The translations under genes and the position numbers were made by a program. Positions 50,580-61,380 of a stretch of 64,000 bases of DNA are shown here, in pieces. The DNA comes from Dictyostelium discoideum (lineage: Eukaryota): assembly GCA_000004695.1 (NCBI GenBank), contig CM000150.2, positions 3,968,001-4,032,000 of the forward strand. Reading direction: 5' to 3'. Under the pieces are notes generated by a model, which had not been told where the DNA came from, searched no databases, and saw only the letters and a program-made list of their open reading frames with translations. Numbering within the stretch: the first letter of the stretch is position 1; each line of letters opens with the position of its first letter.

Positions 50580-53077
50580 TTATACATCTAAATTCCAAAT
50601 TGAATTTGCTAATTCATCAATTGTTTGATAATTTCTAAGTAATGGATTATGTCTTGCAGCAGTTGTAAAAGCATCACAATGATGAATTAAAGTATATTGC
50701 ATAGCTCTTTTAATGAAATTTTGAGGATTTTCATTATAATAATCTAACCAACTCTTTTCATTTTCTTTGTTTGAATTTGGTAAAAGATATTTTGATAAGA
50801 AAGATTTTAATCTAACTTTATCCAATGCGAAGACCGAGATATAAAGTGAAACCAATTCATACCAACGATCACCAATTTTTGAGTCACCCCAATCAATTAA
50901 ATATTTTGGATCCCAAATTTTAATAGTTTTCTTTACTTCAACAAGTTTACAATCTTGATCGTCATTGTTTTTGCCTTTTTGATTTAACTGTTTTAATCTT
51001 GACGCTAAAGAATTCTTAATACCTTTTTTAGCAGATTTTGAAGTTTTATTTAATTTTTTAATTTTCTCTAATACTATTATTTCAGAGGTTGATTCAATAC
51101 CTAAAACATTTTCATCAGTTAAATCTGCATGAATAAAACATGGATCCATTGAATAATCTATTAATTCAGTTTTATCAATTGGTAAATAACTAGCCAATTG
51201 TGAACGAAGATGTGGAGGTAAACCATTCCAATTCCAATGATTTGAAATATATTTTGAATCAAGTGATAATAATTGATTTTTCCAAGGTAACCATTTATCT
51301 TTCTTATATTCATTTAATAATGATTTAATATTATCATCAATTAAAATTGATTGTTTTTCATTATTTTCAATATTATTATTATTATTATTATTATCATCAA
51401 TTTCAATTGAATGAATTAATGATACTTTTTCAACTAAGAAATCAACTAAATTGTCATCTAATACTTTAATATCTTCTTCTTCATCATCTTCGTCATTCTC
51501 ATCATCATTTTCATCTTCTTCAGGTGGTGATGGATATGGATAAGGTAATGAATCTGGTACAGGTTGAACATCTTGTAAATTTAAAGTATCTTTTAAATAT
51601 TCTGTTACAATGTACGGCCATTTCCATTCACATTGTAATTTATCACCTAATAAATCTTTAATATTACCATATGATAATAACTTTGGAAATGTTGAATTTA
51701 ATTTTGAATTCTCTTTAATCTTTGAATATAAGAATAACTCTGTTGACCATGACTTTTCACCACCCAATTCTGAACAATATAATTTAATAACATATTTTTC
51801 ATCAACAATGAAAACTGGACTTTGACCTGAATTTGGCATTTCTAAATATAATGTTGATTCTTTTGGTGGTAATTTAATTTGTTTTGATTTTACTTTTAAA
51901 TCTGAATCATCATCCTCATCCTCATCATATTTTTTACGATTTTCTTCTTTTTTTTTTAATTCTTCTTCTTCCTTTTCTTCATTTTTATTAATATTTGTTG
52001 TATTTATAAGTTCATCATTATCATTATTATTATTATTATTAATTATAATTGGTTTTTCATTAAATTTTAAATTTGAATTATTTAAAATTGATTTAATAAT
52101 TAAATCCCAATAATCTGTATCATCAAATGAATGAGTGAATTGATCATTTTTAAATTCAAATTGATTGAATTTATTTTGAAAATCAGGACGTGAAGTTAAG
52201 AGATGTTTTTTAAAATCATCATAATCTTTTTTTTGATCATTTGCTAAATCGGAACAAACTTCATCGAAATTTTGAGAATTACAAAAGTTTTGAGTTACTG
52301 CAATCGATTGTTCCATATTTAAAACCATATGCCACCAACCACCTGGTACGAATATAGTTTCACCAGGTTCTTGAATACATTCAATTGGACGATAGTCTGG
52401 TGGTAGGTAAGGGTAAACCTCTAATAGCCAAAGTAGGGATGGAGGTGAACCGTAGATTTTATCAACTACTTCGTCCGACTCTACTGTGTATGGTGTGAAA
52501 TTGGGTGGATACATTAACCAACGCTTTCTGCCAGATATTAGCGAATTCCAGGCACTCGTGCCGGCAGGGTCGATGTGCCACGAAGCACCGCTTCTCTCTG
52601 GACCGATTACAATCCATCGGAAATGGGGTCTGTGCTCTTCGCCATTATATTTAAATAAATCTTCAGGAAAGAATTTAGGTATATTATAATCGTCCAATAG
52701 TGATGGCACTTTCTCGCCAAATGCCTGATCGAATACATACAATGGCTCCTCATCAGTCTGAGTCTTCATATATTGACAATAGTCCCTAAACGTCATTTGA
52801 ATACGCTTATTATCCTGATGTGATATCTTGAATACAACATCACCACATCTCTCTATCAATCTCTCCTCTGACCATTCATTCTTCTCCATCATTGGTGTAC
52901 CTCTCTGTGCATTCTTAAATATAACCGGTATCGATGGTATCTCATACTCCCTTTGGAACTCCTCAACTGTCAACTCATCACTCTCAATATGTTTAACATG
53001 TCCGAAATCAACACCATAGTCTTTAACCTTCATATGTCTTCTTAACCATCTCGTATAAACTTCATGTGAATAGAAAT
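50580..53077 (-). CDS. F-box / JmjC (cupin, 2OG-Fe oxygenase-like) / aminoglycoside-phosphotransferase-like (APH kinase fold) tri-domain protein, exon 2.
   Basis: JmjC core ...WIVIGPERSGASWHIDPAGTSAWNSLISGRKRWLMYPP...GWWHMVLN. C-terminal APH-like block ...DPCFIHADLTDENVL...IDWGDSKIGDRWYELVSLYISVF. Same architecture as Arabidopsis At1g78280. Confidence 0.8.
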
Positions 53078-53150
53078 CTAAAGAAAATTAATTAGATTTA
53101 TTTATTAATTCATTCATTCATTCAATCAATATTTTAATGTTATAACTTAC

Positions 53151-53529
53151 CTGGAAAATGTAATGGAATATATGGTTTTTTAAATTTATTAAAAGAATTT
53201 GGATAAAGATATGATAAAGCACTAATTTTCCAATTTTCAATATATTTTACAAATTCTTTTCTACCTTTAATCTCTCTTAGGAATGCATCTTTCCAAAGTC
53301 TATCATCACCTAATAAAATATAAAATGCTGGACTAACACATTGATATTTCAATAGTTCACTACATGTGAATTCATTGAAAACAACGTTCAATAAAATTTG
53401 ATCCTCTAAAATTGATAATGCACCCAATGATTTAGTTCTAAGATCTGTTTCTCCAATTACAACTTTGACACCTTTTGAATTTATAATTTCTTGTTTTTTA
53501 TCTTTTTTATCTGGTCTTTTATAAAATTG

Positions 53530-53580
<51 letters not shown>

Positions 53581-53604
53581 TAATGTGTTTTTAAGAACTA
53601 CCAT
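53151..53604 (-). CDS. F-box/JmjC/APH protein, exon 1 (poly-N, then F-box-like motif).
   Basis: ...LGALSILEDQILLNVVFNEFTCSELLKYQCVSPAFYILLGDDRLWKD (F-box). Donor CCAG|GTAAGT (phase 1) joins TTCTTTAG|AT at 53078-53079. Confidence 0.7.
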
Positions 53605-53623
53605 TTTATTTTATTTATTATTT

Positions 53624-53656
<33 letters not shown>

Positions 53657-54200
53657 CAATTTATTTAAATTTTTATATAAAAATGAAGTTTTAAAATTAT
53701 ATAGTTTTTTTGAATTAATAAGTAAAAAAAAATAATATTCTTTTATTATTTTTATTATTTTTATTATTTAAAAAATAAAATAAAAAAAAAAAATAAAAAA
53801 ATTCTTTAAAATTTGAAATGTTCCACCTGAGAAAATGGGTCAAATTTTATTAATTTTTTTTTTTTGAAAAAAATATCTTTTAATTTTTATGATAATTAGG
53901 TTCCAACCGATTATTATGATGTATGCACAAATTTTTTAAATGTAAAAAAAAAAAAAAAAAATTAATAAAAAAAAAATAATAATAAAAAAAAATTAATTTT
54001 TTGATATTTTTTTCAAAATAAAAGTTTTTTTTTTTTTTTTTTTTTTTTTATCATTATCAATTTTATTTTCAAGTAAGTGAGAACTTTTTTATGTTAAATT
54101 TCATACTTTAATACTACTTTATAAAATATAAAAAACTAATCGATTTTCTTTAAATTTCATTTTTTTTTTTTTTTTTTTTTTTTTAATCCTATCTTTCTCT

Positions 54201-54237
<37 letters not shown>

Positions 54238-54272
54238 CTTTCTTTTAATTTTAAATTAAACTCAAATAAAGG

Positions 54273-54319
54273 ATGTCAGGTTATCCAAACCAATATCCAC
54301 ATGGTTATCCACAACAAGG
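54273..54319 (+). CDS. YPPQ-repeat/KGFK-tail small protein A, exon 1 (MSGYPNQYPHGYPQQG).
   Basis: ATG at 54273; GG|GTAAGT donor, phase 2. Not in the ORF track. Confidence 0.55.
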
Positions 54320-54379
54320 GTAAGTTTATTTATATTAATTTTTATTTATATTAATTTTATCATTTTAATTTATTAACAT

Positions 54380-54419
<40 letters not shown>

Positions 54420-54435
54420 TTTAAATAATTCTTAG

Positions 54436-54573
54436 ATACCCACCACAACAAGGTTACCCACCACAACAAGGTTATCCACCACAAGGTTATCCACCACAAC
54501 AAGGTTACCCACCACAAGGTTATCCACCACAACCAGGTTACCCAATGCAACCAGGTTATCCAATGCAACCAGG
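54436..54573 (+). CDS. YPPQ/KGFK protein A, exon 2 ((G)YPPQQGYPPQQGYPPQGYPPQQGYPPQGYPPQPGYPMQPGYPMQPG).
   Basis: Seven tandem GYPPQ(Q) units; both splice sites in phase 2; GG|GTATGT donor. Confidence 0.6.
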
Positions 54574-54716
54574 GTATGTAAATTTAAACAATTGTTTTTA
54601 TTTTATCTTATCTATCCCCCCTCTTCCCCCTCTTCCTTATCTTATTTTATTTTATTTTATTTTATTTTTTTTTTTTTTACCAATATTAATATTTATTTTA
54701 CTTTTAAATAATGTAG

Positions 54717-54909
54717 TGTTGTAGTTCAACCAAATATGTACCCACAAGGTCATCACACTGCTTATCCAGTTGGTTATGGTCATCATGGTAAATTCAAACA
54801 TAAGGGTTACAAGAAACATCACAAGAAACATAAGGGATTCAAAGGTTTCAAGAAAGGATTCAAAAAAGGATTCAAAGGTTTCAAGAAAACTTTCAAATAC
54901 AAACATTAA
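54717..54909 (+). CDS. YPPQ/KGFK protein A, exon 3 (VVVQPNMYPQGHHTAYPVGYGHHGKFKHKGYKKHHKKHKGFKGFKKGFKKGFKGFKKTFKYKH*).
   Basis: Frame continuous with exons 1-2. Basic KGFK-repeat tail also found in gene C. Confidence 0.6.
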
Positions 54910-54976
54910 GATCTCTTTTTAAAAGAAATGGGTTTTGTTTTATTCTTTTTGTATTTTAATAAATATCAATTAATCC

Positions 54977-55007
<31 letters not shown>

Positions 55008-55305
55008 ACAAACGAGATTGTATATTATCTTTTTTTTTTTAAAAAAAAAAAAAAAAACAGTTTGAATTTTTATTTTAATAAATTCCATCTTTGGAATTGT
55101 TTTTACCTTTTGATGATAAAAAAAAAAAAAAAAAACATTGAAAATTTTATTAATTTAATAACTCCATCTTTGGAATTGTTTTTACCAATCTATAATAATT
55201 AATTTTTTATTATTATATTTTTTTCATTACTTTTTTTTGTTTTTTTTTTTTGTTTTTTTTTAATATTTAAACATTCAACAAAAGATTTTAAATACTTATT
55301 TCTTT

Positions 55306-55345
<40 letters not shown>

Positions 55346-55400
55346 AAACCAAATAAATTAAATAATAGATAAATAATTAATTAAATTTTACAACATTAAA

Positions 55401-55426
55401 ATGTCAAATCCACCATCCATTCCAGT
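55401..55426 (+). CDS. YPPQ/KGFK-related small protein B, exon 1 (MSNPPSIPV).
   Basis: ATG at 55401; donor GT|GTATGT, phase 2. Confidence 0.45.
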
Positions 55427-55620
55427 GTATGTACCAAAAAAAAAAATTAAAAAATAAAAAAAAAAAAATAATTTACTAATACAAAAATTTAAATAAAAAT
55501 TATAGAAACACTGGGTTTGTTTTCAAAAAAAAAAAATTTTAAATTTAACATAATATTATTAAATAATTTAATTATTTTAACATTGTATTATTGATATAAT
55601 TTTATTTTTAAAATTAATAG

Positions 55621-55804
55621 ATTAATTACACCAGATATGTATCCTCATGGTAAACATTCAAGTACTGGATTAACAGGTTCTCACCATAATAAAGGAAAAG
55701 GAAAAGGAAAAGGAAAAATAATGGGAAAAGGTTTTAAACATAAAAGAGGTTTAAGTTTTAAACATAATCCAATCTCAAAAGGAATTAAAAAAATTTTCAA
55801 ATAA
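55621..55804 (+). CDS. Small protein B, exon 2 (LITPDMYPHGKHSSTGLTGSHHNKGKGKGKGKIMGKGFKHKRGLSFKHNPISKGIKKIFK*).
   Basis: Shares the MYP[QH]G[HK]H and basic KG-repeat tail with genes A and C. Acceptor AATAG at 55619-55620. Confidence 0.45.
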
Positions 55805-56275
55805 AGAAGTTCATCATTTTGATTTTATAAAAAATAAATAAATAAATAAATTCATTTTTTTTTACTCAATTTATAATTTTTTTTTAATTTTTTTTTAATT
55901 TTTTTTTTGTTTTTAATAATTAGTAATTAGTAATTTTAATACTCATATTTAAAATGTTTAAGATAATTAAAAAAAAAAATTAAAATAAAATAAAATAAAT
56001 TTTTATTTTATTATTGTTATTATTTAAACATAAACAATTGTAAATTTATTTTTTTTTATTTTTTTTTTTTTCAAAGAAATGACACAAAAAGGTACCTTTA
56101 GGGTTTTCAATTAATTTTTTTTTTTTTTAAATTAATTTTCTAATTTTTTTTTTTTTTTTAAATTTTTTTTATTTTTTTTTAAATTAAAAAAAAAAAAAAA
56201 AAAAAAAAGATTTTTGTACTTATTCACACAAAATTAATTTTTATTAAACTTATATATTTCAAACAATTAAATAAA

Positions 56276-56310
56276 ATGTATCCATATAATAATCAAGGTT
56301 ATCCACCAGG
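56276..56310 (+). CDS. YPPQ/KGFK protein C, exon 1 (MYPYNNQGYPPG).
   Basis: ATG at 56276; GG|GTAAGT, phase 2. Confidence 0.5.
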
Positions 56311-56404
56311 GTAAGTAAAAATTATTTTTATTTTTTTTTTTTTTTTATCTTTCTGATACAAGTTCATTTATTAATTTATTTATTCTTTCTTTCTTTAATT
56401 ATAG

Positions 56405-56434
56405 CTACATTCCACCACAAGTTGGCATGCCAGG
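56405..56434 (+). CDS. Protein C, exon 2 ((G)YIPPQVGMPG), a 30-nt micro-exon.
   Basis: AG|C...CCAGG|GTAAAT; phase 2 on both sides. Confidence 0.45.
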
Positions 56435-56517
56435 GTAAATAGCAATTATTTTTGCCTTTTTTTTTTTTATCCATTAAATCTTTATTAACACAAAGTTTAT
56501 TATTTCTTTAAATTTAG

Positions 56518-56553
56518 CTACATTCCACCTCCACCACAAATGGGTATGCCAGG
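56518..56553 (+). CDS. Protein C, exon 3 ((G)YIPPPPQMGMPG), a 36-nt micro-exon paralogous to exon 2.
   Basis: AG|C...CCAGG|GTAAAT. Introns 2 and 3 are near-duplicates (each begins GTAAATAGCAATTATTTTT). Confidence 0.45.
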
Positions 56554-56616
56554 GTAAATAGCAATTATTTTTTTTTTTTTTTTCTCTTTACTCTTAAAAC
56601 CATTTGTATTGACACA

Positions 56617-56650
<34 letters not shown>

Positions 56651-56670
56651 CTACTCTTTCTTTAATCCAG

Positions 56671-56845
56671 TTATATTCCACCACCTGTAGGTGTAGTTCC
56701 AATGCCACAAATGGGTATGCCAGGATGTCCACCAATGGTAGTTCCAATGCAACCACTTCCAGGACAATACCCAATGGGTGCTCCTTATCCATACAGTGGA
56801 GGCTATGGCTATGGTTATCGTGGTCACAAATTTAAGAAATTTAAA
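56671..56845 (+). CDS. Protein C, exon 4 ((G)YIPPPVGVVPMPQMGMPGCPPMVVPMQPLPGQYPMGAPYPYSGGYGYGYRGHKFKKFK).
   Basis: Acceptor CCAG|T completes Gly; donor AAA|GTTTGT, phase 0. Confidence 0.5.
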
Positions 56846-56959
56846 GTTTGTATTTAAAATAATAAAAAAAAAAAAAAAAATCAACAAATAGATTTTAAAA
56901 TACTAACTTTTTTTTTTTTTTTATTAAAAATAATAAAAATAATATTAAATATTAAATAG

Positions 56960-56998
56960 GGTTATAAAGGTTTCAAAAAAGGATACTATCGTTATTAG
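56960..56998 (+). CDS. Protein C, exon 5 (GYKGFKKGYYRY*).
   Basis: Acceptor AAATAG|GG; stop TAG 56996-56998. Confidence 0.45.
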   Translation, partial: GYKGFKKGYYRY

Positions 56999-57281
56999 AA
57001 TAATTAAAACTCTACTTTTTTTGTAAACATATTAATTCCTTTTTTTTTTTTTTTACATTTTCAAAACTTCAAAACTAAAATAAATTGTAAATTAACTTTA
57101 TATGACTCTTAAACTAAAAAACTATCACTTTTGTTTTGGTTTTTTTTTTTTTTTTTTTAATTTTTTTTTTTTTTTGATTTTTTTTAAAATCGAAAAAGAG
57201 GACAATATTATCGAATATATTGAAATAATCCTTTCTAATTAAAAAAAAAAAAGTATTTTTAATTATTTATCTATTTTTCCC

Positions 57282-57336
<55 letters not shown>

Positions 57337-57653
57337 ATAATAATAATAATAATAAAAAATAATAACAATAAAAAAAAAAATAAAAATGAAAATTAGTTTT
57401 TGAAATCTTTTTTTTATTTTATTTTATTATATCCTATTTTATTTTATTTTTTTATTATTATTTTAATAAAAAGAATTTTGATATCAAAATTATTATTAAA
57501 AAAATCATTAAAAAAAAAAAATCTTTTTTTTAAACTTTTTTGGTGCATATGCAATCAAAGTCCGACAGGATAGGAGTTACTTTTTTTATTTTTTTTTTTT
57601 TTTATTTTTTTTTTTTATTAATTTTTTCATTAAAATTTTTCAAAAATAAAAAA

Positions 57654-57697
<44 letters not shown>

Positions 57698-57967
57698 CCT
57701 ACAAATAAAAAGCTTTCAAATTAATTTAGGGTGTGTTGTTGTTATTAGTTTGTAACATAAATTGATAACTATTTATTTACACCACACTTATATATGATAT
57801 GTAAATAACAATAATTGTAGCAGAAAATAAAATAATAAAATAATAAAATAATAAAATAATAAAATAAAAACATAAATCAAATTTAAAAATTTATTTCTGC
57901 CCCGCTCCTATATTCCCCAGCCTACAGTTTTTTTTATTTTTTTGGTGTTTTTTTTTATTTTTTTTGG

Positions 57968-57998
<31 letters not shown>

Positions 57999-58153
57999 GT
58001 ATAAAAGTAAAAAAAAAAAAAAAAATAAAATTTAATTAATAAAAGCAAAAAAAATAAAATAAAAATAAAAATAAAAAATAGAATATAATCACATCAAAAT
58101 CACATATCGTTTAACATTTTATTTATACAAAAACTCCGCGTGTAAAATATATA

Positions 58154-58256
<103 letters not shown>

Positions 58257-58323
58257 ATATTAAATAAAAGAAAAGAAAAGAAAAAGATAAAAAAAACAAA
58301 AAACAAAAAACAAATTAAAATTT

Positions 58324-58385
58324 AATGTGCAGACCAGAAGAGTTATTCGTAGATAGAATTAGTCCACATTTTATTTGTCCGATTG
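58324..58385 (+). CDS. RING / TRAF-type zinc finger / CBM20 (starch-binding) protein, exon 1.
   Basis: MCRPEELFVDRISPHFICPIG; donor G|GTAAGT, phase 1. Confidence 0.6.
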
Positions 58386-58552
58386 GTAAGTAATAGGTTA
58401 TATAATATTTAGTGTACATTGATTATATATTCCTAATAACAATAATTTCATATTATCAACTACAACTATAAATTCAACCACAATTACAACACAAATGATA
58501 ATGATAATAATGATAATAATGATAATAATGATAATAATAACCAAATAAATAG

Positions 58553-58833
58553 GAGGAGGTGTTATTGAAGATCCAGTTGTAACACCATGTGGTCATACAT
58601 TTTGTAACCCGTGTTTAATAAAATGGTTACAATCTAGGAGACAATGTCCGACTGATAGATTACCAGTTACAGATAAACAGTTGATTCAAAATTGGTTAGT
58701 TTATTATTACACTTCCGAACTTACTGTTAGATGCGATCATTATAATAAAGGTTGTTTATGGACGGGTAAGTGGTGTGTATTAGGTAGTCATTTAACACAA
58801 TGTCAAGCTGCATTTTCAAAGATTAGATTTTGG
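58553..58833 (+). CDS. RING/TRAF-ZnF/CBM20 protein, exon 2 (rest of C3HC4 RING, then TRAF-type zinc finger).
   Basis: (G)GGVIEDPVVTPCGHTFCNPCLIKWLQSRRQCPTDRLPVTDKQLIQNWLVYYYTSELTVRCDHYNKGCLWTGKWCVLGSHLTQCQAAFSKIRFW; donor TGG|GTAAAT, phase 0. The exact acceptor (58551/52 vs 58554/55) is ambiguous but both give Gly. Confidence 0.7.
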
Positions 58834-58964
58834 GTAAATAATCATCATCATTATTAATTATTAATTATTATTTATTAATTAATTAATTAATTTAAAATAA
58901 CCAATTAAATAACTTTTTTATTTTTTATTTTTTTATTTATTTTATTATTTTTTGTATTTTTTAG

Positions 58965-59243
58965 TTAAAATATCATGTTCCATTTGGACAACAAATTAGA
59001 GTTACAGGTAATTGCGATCAATTGGGTAATTGGGACCCAAAGAAATCATTCCCATTAAAATTTTTGCAAGGTGATACATGGGAAGGTGAAATTATTTTGG
59101 CACAAAGTGGAAGAATAGAATATAAATATTGTATTAGTTATTATGATACTGGTGAATTGGTGTATTGGGAAGCTGGTCCAAATAGAGTTATTTTAATTTC
59201 TGGTTCTTCAATTTATAGAAGAGATATCTTTAAAAATCCTTAA
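58965..59243 (+). CDS. RING/TRAF-ZnF/CBM20 protein, exon 3 (family-20 carbohydrate-binding module).
   Basis: LKYHVPFGQQIRVTGNCDQLGNWDPKKSFPLKFLQGDTWEGEIILAQSGRIEYKYCISYYDTGELVYWEAGPNRVI matches the CBM20 consensus (V.F.V.....G..V.V.G....LG.W.......L........W...V.LP.G..IEYKY.......V.WE.G.NR). Confidence 0.8.
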   Translation, partial: LKYHVPFGQQIRVTGNCDQLGNWDPKKSFPLKFLQGDTWEGEIILAQSGRIEYKYCISYYDTGELVYWEAGPNRVILISGSSIYRRDIFKNP

Positions 59244-59818
59244 AAAATAATTTAATAATAATAATAATAATAAAAATAATAAAAATAATAATAATAATGA
59301 TATGCAAAAAAAAATAAAAAAAATAAAAAAAATAAAAAAAAAATCATAGTCACAAATAGTCAATTTTTATAATAATAGAATATACATATCTTAAGGATAT
59401 CATATCTTATTTGTAAAAAAATAAAAAAAAAAAAACAAATAAAATAAATAAAGATGTTTAGAAAAAAAAATAAAAAAAATAAAATAATGGGAAATACAAA
59501 CCATTCCGACTATTAAAATTATCATGCCCAGCCAATTTAGTCAAATTTTTGAAAAATTTAAAAAAATAATTTTTTATTTTTTTTTTATTTTTTTTTAAAT
59601 TTTCAAAGAAAAAAGTTGAGGAAAACCATCGGTAATTCAAAAAAAAAAAAAAACTAAATTTATGCAATGGTACTAGTAATAGGTTATTATATAATATTCT
59701 CAATTCAATTAACCAAGTATTTGGGTAAACACCTGTCACTTTTTTATTTTGTTGTTATCATGATAACAACATTAAATTTACTGATTGCCCAATCAGCCTT
59801 TTACCAAAATAAAAATTT

Positions 59819-59856
<38 letters not shown>

Positions 59857-60748
59857 GGGAACTGGGTGAACTTAAAGCCAAAAAAAGATATTATTTTATT
59901 ACTACTTTCACACTTTGGCACCACAAACATGATTATTTTAATTTTTTTTTTTTTTTTTATTTATTTTTGTTTTCAAACGTGTTTTGAAGTTTTAGACTTT
60001 TTGAGGAAAAAAACATTGTTTTTATTTGAAAAAGAAAAAAAAAAAAAAATTGAATTTTTATTTTTAGTTTTATAAAAAAAAAAAATAAAAAAAATAAAAT
60101 AGATTCATTTTCAACCTCCATCCAAATATAAGGTAATAACTTTCTCTTTCTTTCTTTTTATTTTAAAATAAAAATAATTTTATTATAATTGTTTTTCTTT
60201 TAAAAAAAAAAAAAAAACAAAATCATTTTATTTTTATTTTATTTATTTTTATTTTTGTTTTTTATTTTTTTTATTTTTTTTTTTTTTTAAATACTCATAT
60301 TTTTTTTTATTTTATTTTTTTTATATTTTCAATTATTATCTAAAATATAAAATCCTATTTCCTATCCCGACATTATAAAATTTTCAACATACAATAAATA
60401 TAAAAAGTTTTAATATACAAATTATAAATCATATAATTTGTAAAATTAACAACCCACACCACACAAAAAAAAAAAAAAAAAACAAAAAAAAACCAGACCA
60501 CTCCACTCTATTTATTTTTATAGTCTGAAATTGCCAAAATAATCAACACTTCATTATTTAATTTTTTTTATTATAATTTAATTAAATAAATATTTATATA
60601 AAATTTGTTTTTTTTTTTTTTTATTTTCCTGATATTAAAAAAAAAAAAAAGAAATTAGAAAAATCATTATATTAATAATTTAAAACGTTTAAAAAAAAAA
60701 AACAAATAAAGAAATAAAGAAATAAAAAAAAAAAAGAAACTTTAAAAA

Positions 60749-60996
60749 ATGAGCCAATCAACTGCATATATTATTTTAAATATTTTAGTTATTTTAGCTG
60801 GTTGTTTTATAACAGCATGTGGTATTTATTTATTCGTTAATGGTTTATTCCATAGTATTATTGGATTTGTACTTGGTATTTATTATCTTTTGGCTGGTGT
60901 TTGTATTGTACTCCTCGAAATCGTCTTCCCACAAAAATTAGTAAATCTTTTTGGTTTTTATACATATTGGTTTGGTAAAGGTGCTCTTATTTCTTT
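60749..60996 (+). CDS. Small 4-TM membrane protein (~140 aa), exon 1.
   Basis: MSQSTAYIILNILVILAGCFITACGIYLFVNGLFHSIIGFVLGIYYLLAGVCIVLLEIVFPQKLVNLFGFYTYWFGKGALIS; donor TT|GTAAGT, phase 2. Confidence 0.6.
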
Positions 60997-61099
60997 GTAA
61001 GTATTAAAAAAATTAAAAAAAAAATATTAATTATTAATTAAAAAAAAAAATATTATTTATTAATTAAAATTTTTTTTTTTTTTTTTTTTTATAATATAG

Positions 61100-61268
61100 A
61101 ATTGGTTTATTAATCCTTGGAAATAGTGGATTCTTTTTAGCAGCTGGTATTATTGTAATTGCCGTTGGTATTGTTTGTATGATTTTCCATTTCCTTTTAG
61201 GTTGTCCACGTCCATTAATAAATCGTAGTGTTGAAAGAAAACCAGAACCACAAGGTCAACATGCTTAA
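61100..61268 (+). CDS. Small 4-TM membrane protein, exon 2.
   Basis: (L)IGLLILGNSGFFLAAGIIVIAVGIVCMIFHFLLGCPRPLINRSVERKPEPQGQHA*. Confidence 0.55.
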
Positions 61269-61285
61269 TCAATTTTTTTAATTAC

Positions 61286-61319
<34 letters not shown>

Positions 61320-61380
61320 AACAAGTCATGTTTTGTATATATATAATAAAAAAAAAAAAAAAAAAAAAAAAAAAACTTTA

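Noticed and set aside
58785-58805. Apparent 18-nt intron (GTAAGTGGTGTGTATTAG) inside the TRAF zinc-finger exon
   Set aside because: It is far below the minimum intron size. Read-through is in frame and yields the expected Cys/His spacing (CLWTGKWCVLGSHLTQC), so it is coding sequence that happens to contain GTAAGT.
60360-60575. CCCACACCACAC box followed ~60 nt later by a GC-richer segment ending in a T-run (possible DUSE-driven small RNA)
   Set aside because: The resemblance to the DUSE consensus is loose, the downstream segment has no recognisable snRNA or snoRNA boxes, and nothing like it recurs elsewhere in the window. This is too weak to report as a finding.
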